Source: Takakia lepidozioides (Eukaryota > Plantae > Bryophyta). From it: a stretch of DNA of 64,000 nucleotides. The notes under the pieces are model-generated. The model did no database searches and had not been told where the DNA came from. It saw nothing but the letters and a program-made list of their open reading frames with translations. The DNA lies in contig CM060731.1 in the NCBI GenBank assembly GCA_030704615.1, positions 38,316,001-38,380,000 of the forward strand, read 5' to 3'. Every line of letters begins with the position of its first letter. Position 1 is the first letter of the stretch. This document shows positions 57,915 to 64,000 of the stretch, piece after piece. Both the position numbers and the translations under genes were made by a program.

Positions 57915-59646
57915 ATGCCGAGGTACATTACATTCCTCTATGTAGTTTGCAAGTTTCTTTAAGTAAATGTCCAGCTATGAGGTGTTTTGGGAGCTGAGTT
58001 TCTCGTGTGGGACTTGATCGTATCTTTCCAGAAGAATTACTTCGAAGGATGGAACTCGTGGAGGGTTGATTCTCATTGGGTCCAGTGTTTTGTCTCCCTG
58101 GTTTCTGTGATTGAACTAGTTCGCTTCTTTTGGATTGATGCTACTGGAATTTGTTCTCTCCCTGCTACGAATCTGTATCCCTCTCAACCTTCTTCTGCAG
58201 GCTTCATACGGTTGGATGTCCAGTGACCTTCGCATTTGTCGTTCTTGCTCATATGTTCGGACGAAATGATTTCTCTGCTTCTGGTTGAAATTGTTCCAGG
58301 CGCAAGGCGTTGTCTGAAGATGTCGAACCCCCTGATGAGGGCCCATCGACCTCAGGCACCAGGAAGGTAAAGAAACCGCGCAAGACGGTCAAGGAAACAC
58401 CTGAGAAGAGAATGGCGCGGTATGTCGCGAATCCCTCAAAGGCAGTGATGGAGAGAATCGAGAGGGCCTTCCAGCACCGGCTCTACCTCATTCACAAGAA
58501 GATGATAGGTGCAGACGCGGATGCCCCAACTGGGTGCGAATTCTTTGTTTTGGGAGCCACGGGCAATGTTTACACTGTAAAGTTGCAGATGAAACCTTCC
58601 TGTTCTTGTCCTGACGCAGCAAGAGGAAATACTTGTAAGCACGTTCTCTTTGTCATGTTGCGGGTCCTCAAGCTGCCGCAGACGGATCCCCGGGTGTGGC
58701 AAAAAGCTTTGCTCTCGTCAGAGCTTGATGATCTTCTGCACATTTCAGCCATCAACGAGGGCGTGCTAGCAAGCCAACTAGTGCGGCAGCGGTTCAATGA
58801 AATCACAGGTAGCAAAATGCATGAGCTTGTCGGTTATATTGCAGTTGATTTTCAGAAGATTTTCACTCCTTTTGTTGTAGAGATGACTTCCATCGATGGT
58901 GAGTGTTGGAAGGAGCTTAGTCCAGATACTCATGTCATCAATCCTCCTATGTTATATCATGAAGTGGAAACTCAAAAATTGAGTTCTGGTTCACAGTGAG
59001 TTTGCGCTTTTGTTTCCACTGTCCTAGTTGGGTGGGCGTATAGTAGTGACCAGATTGACGCGGAAGAAAAAATCGCCAATGCTATGGATTCCTACCTGTA
59101 AATCTGAAATTCTGAATATAATATTGTTGCTTTAGCAACCTGTGACCTTGCGCGAGCCCTGTGAGGCGGACATTGTGCCCATCATGGCATGGTCCCAACA
59201 CTGAATATTACTGTCTTTGTGATAATGCAGGGCAGGCATCGAAGGAGGGCAGTGATGCAGCAGCTGAGAGGGGCCTTCAAAGAGACATTGATGGAGACTG
59301 CCCCATTTGCTATGAAAAGATGTCGGGTGGTGGTGGCAAACCAAGTGAAGCCATTGTCTTTTGCATGGCATGCGGCAACAATGTGCACCGGGATTGCTTT
59401 GACAGATGGAGCCGCAGCAAGAGGGGTTCAGGGGCAAAGGTTACTTGTATTTACTGCCGAGCTGTATGGCAAGATAATACGAAAAAGAAGGACAAGAATG
59501 TAGAAGCAGGGCCTGGTGGCTATGTCAACTTGGCATCTTATTCAGAGAACCATGGGGCAGAGGAGACAGGTCTAGAGGCTCTCTATCCCAACACTTGGGA
59601 GTGGTTTAGCCCTGGTGGGAGCAGACGGGGTCGATCTAGGTCTTGA
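57915..59646 (+). CDS. SWIM zinc finger + RING protein (MEKK1/ZSWIM2 N-terminus-like), probable E3 ligase
   Basis: Exons 57915-57922 (ATGCCGAG|gt), 58300-58808 and 59231-59646 are phase-compatible. SWIM: FVLGATGNVYTV...CSCPD...CKHVLFVML. RING: CPICYE...CMACGNNVHRDCF...CIYCR. Confidence 0.9.
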
Positions 59647-61926
59647 AGTTTGGTTGGCATTTGGATCAAACTGTACGTTTGTCTGTTCAGTGCAAACAGG
59701 TCGAGGGTCTACCTGAAAGTTAGGGTATGAAGATCCTTCTCATTTCACGCGACGCAACCCAGTGATGGTGGAAGCTGCCGGTGCCCTGCACACCCCCAAG
59801 CCTGTCATTTCGGTGGTAAACGCCGGGCTATAGAAATCAATAACTCTGCAACTGGGCTATCGAGTTTGCATGTGGGACAATTGCCTCTGTGAGCGCCTTG
59901 ATGGCAGCTGCGGGAAATAAGTTTATACTTGTAGCTGAGCTGCAAGGATAAGCTAAACCTGGTAGGTGTGAACCCCACAAAAGGCTCCGGGGGGGTTAGC
60001 TTCCTGCAGGGTCAATGGCTGTAAGGCTATGACAAGCTAACGTTTGCAGGGAACGGCATGAGTAAATCTTTTCACGTGTTTGTATCGATACTGCCCGACA
60101 ATGTAAATAGACAGCTCTCACAGACTTAATTTTGTCAACATCAACTGCCTTTCTGGGTTCAGGCATCAGTTCTTTAGCACAAAGTGGGTGTTGGGCAGGG
60201 AGAGGCAGACTGTAAATAGGGAGGGGGAACAGAGTGGGTCCAAACTGGAAGCAAAGCCTCTTAAGGAATGTTGTGTGACACTTATGCTGATGCATGGTTG
60301 TGCTGTGGTCATTTATCACAGATTTTCCTCAAGAACATGAGAAATAGGAATTTTGCTAACACTTCTTTACATGTGGCTGCATTGATGGCAATGTGTATGA
60401 GCTCTCCTTATTAGACTTTCCTCTTGCATTGTATGTCTCACTCCATCTTTCTTTTCTTTTGGAAAGAAAATAGGCTAAACTGCCTTAATATGGCAGTAAC
60501 TATCAAATGAGGGAATCCAATTGGGTGTCCAACAGAGCCAACATCAAGTTTCCTTTCCCTGACTTGGCTTCGCACCTTCCTTTGGGAGCTTTGGCCCTGT
60601 CTGTTCTGCTTTCTGCTTGGGTTCGAGATGGTTTTCACTCAGGGCCTCCTGGTGGTTATTTTTTCCACAGCTTTCTATTCGAATTCAGGCCTCTGCAGCC
60701 TTCCTTTTTTTTTCAAGTCTAGGCAAGCCAAGTGGAATGCCGTGAGCACTTTGAACCAGGTAGGTGACCTGGTGAAAACAGGTCCATACCAGCCATGTTG
60801 GACAAGAAGCTACAACCCAATCTACCTTTTCATAACCCTGGCAACTATCTCCCCTGCCCTAGGTGGATCCACATGAACCCGAGGAGTTGTGAGGATTTGC
60901 AAGTGAATAGAAAGAAGCTTGCAGTTCCCATTTCTCTTCAAATTGAAGTTTGGGAGGGTGTGGCTTTGTGATTCCAAGTAGCACTTGAACAAGTTAGGCA
61001 AGAGGAGATTGCAAATACTTAGAGAGCGGTAAAATACGTTTGGATCATTGGGGGACTTAGTTTTTTTCCGCTTGTCTGCTTCTCTTCCTCTCGTCTTCTC
61101 TGCCTTCACACTCAGTTCAGAGGGATCGCTCGCTATACCTCTGCAGGAGTGGCATTGGGCCGTTTGGGTTCTGTTCGCTGTGTTTAATGCTTGGTGAGAT
61201 TCCTTTGTTTCTGTCTCGAGATAATTGCTGTCCGGTTTGGCTCCTGCTTATCGCTCTCCAGCTCGGATTTGCGTCGTCTCTGGTGTTTCTTCCGTTCTGT
61301 CCGCCTCTTTAGAGTTCCCTCTTGTCTGGTCTGTTCACTTCGTTCAGTCTACGGTGCCCCTCTGTGAGCCGCCAAGGCACTGCCCTCCTCTGCAGGTCAG
61401 CACATCAGCACCTCCCACACTTGGAGGGTACTCTCTGTCGGCTGGGCTTTATGAAGTATACCTGTCGGGTTCGCTTTCAGTCGCCATTCTGGATATTTGT
61501 GTGGCGTATCCTCCCGCCTTCTTAATTTGTCTTTGCGGGTCCGTGAGTCTGCCTTTCGCGTCCGCTGAGTGTTTTGGAATGGGGTTGGAAGATGCTTCGG
61601 CCTCTCTTCAGGATGCAGCTGATGACGCTCTGGCGTACAATACTGATCTCTCTGATGTCCCCATCTTCCCTTAGTCCGAAAACTGGGGACACAAGGATGG
61701 GCAGACCTTGCAAGCCTCGCGCGATTGCCATCCTTATCTCCCTTGCCGCCAGTACATAGTTTCCCTCCCTGAGATCGGAGCCAGTTTCGGAGATTATGTT
61801 GGCTGCATCGACGTGCTTGACCCAGAAGCTATCAAAGCTGTGATTGGTGAGATGACAGGTTGGAGCAGGTTCTCTATCAACAGCACGGTTGGTGGAACCT
61901 GCGCTCCTATAATAGTGGTGATGGCA

Positions 61927-62042
61927 TAATGAACTTAGCCACCAGAGCTGGAAGCTTGACGGCTGTGGTGATGATGGCAGATCTGCCGTCGTCGCCATCC
62001 CCAGAGCCATCAAGCTTCCTTCTTTGGTGGCTAAGTTCATTA
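61927..62042. repeat. Near-perfect 116-bp palindrome (hairpin)
   Basis: taatgaacttagccacca/tggtggctaagttcatta and ggaagcttgacggct/agccatcaagcttcc arms, centred on gatggcAGATCTgccgtc. Confidence 0.85.
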
Positions 62043-64000
62043 CAGTTTCTATTTTTGAGGAACAGTTGGATGTGATTTGTCATATTGTAGAGGGGCAGGT
62101 CATTACAAAGCTAATTGCCCCAGCATGAAGCGGGAGTCGATCGAACCGTAGATTTATATTCCTGCTTCCTCGTCTCCTCTGCCCCTTCCTTCCTTCCCCC
62201 TTAGTAACTCTGGCCATTCATAATCAAGCTGTGCTTTCTATGTAGCCAGTTGGGCTTGTCCCATCCCTCCTACTTGTTTGCACTACTCACCCTTCTCACC
62301 CATTTGATCAAATGTACAACAACGTTAATACTTAGCATCTCATTTTCTGAAAATCAGGGTGTGTTGTATTCCTGCTTCTTTGTATAACTAGTGACTCTCG
62401 TGTATATATCATGACATTACTCTCAGTTGGATATGTATAAGAAACAAGCATGATGTTTCCCTAAGTCATAGACTGCCCAATAGATCATTTATGGTGCACT
62501 CCCTGTGGAAGCCTTGTAACGTACTTACCTCGTCAACTGCACTACCTTGACGATGTGGACACGCTGATGGCCGCAGCGTACCGCTGGTTGATAGGGAATT
62601 CGACGAACTGCCAAGATTTGATGCGGACACCGAATGGAGTACGAAACTGGCAAGACGTGGTAGTCAAAGCAAAACAATCGTAACTCACTCAAGCTGGATC
62701 AGCGACCAGAGGAAACAACTGCAAGTGGCACGACACCTGGGAGTTCGACGCATATGTCCACAACGAGAAGAGCTTTTGGGCACACCTTGGCCAGTGGGGA
62801 ATAACCTGGTGCAATCTAGAAAGTAGCTGGCAAGGTTGTCGCCAAGTTCACTTTCTATCAGAATACTTACGAGCGCGCAATGCATGCCCCAGCTCACTGC
62901 CGGGAAGTATTATGTTCCTTGTCAACTGCCACTCTCTGCATTCGTCTCTATAGATACGAACTTGTTGCAAGTTGGAGACCCTCAACCAAAAACCAGGAAA
63001 CCCAGCAGGCAAGCCAAAATGGATAGTGCGTAAAAAGTAAAAAGCCGGGACAACACAGCTTTCATCAGGCGCAGGCATGCCTGAAAGGAGGAGATCCTTT
63101 ACAGCATGCCTGGATAAGACCCTCTTATCTTGGCCAAGGCGCTACCCATTTTGCCTAGCTCGCCGGCCTTCCTGTCTTTCTGAAAACCCCAGCCCTCCAT
63201 GGCAAGCTACATGAAGGTGCAGGTGTAGCCAGTTGACGCACCCCACAAGAAGCACAATCGACCAGCTCAACAAAGGTAGTAAGAACTTCGGGCGGTAGCG
63301 TGAGGAAGCTAGCCTACTAGTCTTGAACACCTCAAGCACTGGTGCGTTCCCGCTTTATAGCAAATGCAACTGGAAATGGGACGCAAGATACAACTGGGCC
63401 CCGCTCCAGAAATCATACCGGCCACCAAACCCCGGAGACTTCATTGACTTTCCTCGGGAAAGCATCGGACACATTCCCTATCCCACGTGGAGAAGTCCGT
63501 GCTCAACAAAAGGCTGGACTTGTCATATTTCATTGTGGTAGCGGCAAACATGCATCCAGCAAAGCAAAGGCCGAGCTACCGACTGGGCTACCCTACAGGA
63601 GGAATACTGAAAAGAGCACAATCAGGCACCAGACCCACACCCACCGAGCAAAGAGACAAGACGGTGATTGGACATGGGAAGTTGGCGCACTGCACAACCT
63701 GTGCAGCTATTGATGAGCACTACTCTGATCACATGTCTCTGCCAAGTTCATGCCCACCAGTCCAGAAGATCCTCGCGAAGATGAGTGCTTCCATGAGGAT
63801 GGTTTCAGCTCAGCACCGCGCATTCAAGTGGGGTCTGTTATAAAGAAAGGAACAATCCACCTTGTCAATTATAATGCAGGGTTGACCATGAGCCTCTGGT
63901 TAGGAGCAAGGCCAACATCCTTTGTCAACTTAAATTGTTTGACAATGTTTTCTTAAGCTTACATGTACAGAAGTGTGTGCTACATTTCCACATTCATTTC

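Noticed and set aside
45570-58350. LTR retrotransposon defined by the direct repeats
   Set aside because: The repeats are a host gene's 5' region; no TG...CA ends, PBS/PPT or gag-pol were seen.
58310-58999. Single-exon 229-aa SWIM protein as shown in the ORF track
   Set aside because: It has a TTG start and runs into an intron; the three-exon model with the RING exon is phase-consistent.
60900-64000. Protein-coding gene or classifiable transposon at the window end
   Set aside because: Composition is partly coding-like, but frames are broken and I recognise no diagnostic motif; BLASTX is needed.

Overview
This is eukaryotic nuclear DNA from a land plant, most likely bryophyte-grade (inferred from protein character and intron-rich GT-AG genes). 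Intact host genes are CUL1 (minus strand, last exon outside the window), nuclear poly(A)-binding protein PABN, a small heat-shock protein, organellar-type bL36, the plastid atypical kinase ABC1K7 and a SWIM-RING protein. Mobile DNA includes a 7.75-kb Mutator-like element (long TIRs, perfect 9-bp TSD, decayed transposase plus a convergent ULP1-protease-like gene), a non-autonomous Helitron, several MITE/hAT-like elements, a tail-less RTEX-like LINE family and a tRNA-derived SINE head. Two things stand out. (1) A partial CUL1 duplicate encodes only the N-terminal adaptor-binding part, with in-frame amino-acid changes concentrated in the SKP1-contact helices while neighbouring introns are nearly identical; it is a candidate natural dominant-negative or decoy cullin. 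(2) A ~12-kb block bounded by ~630-bp direct repeats carries two intronless, fungal/Crinkler-type restriction-endonuclease-fold genes. One is joined in phase to the first four transmembrane helices of an SVOP/OCT7-like MFS transporter; the other is full length but has an Asp-to-Asn change at the presumed catalytic site. Exon coordinates were read by eye and family assignments come from motif recognition, not database searches.
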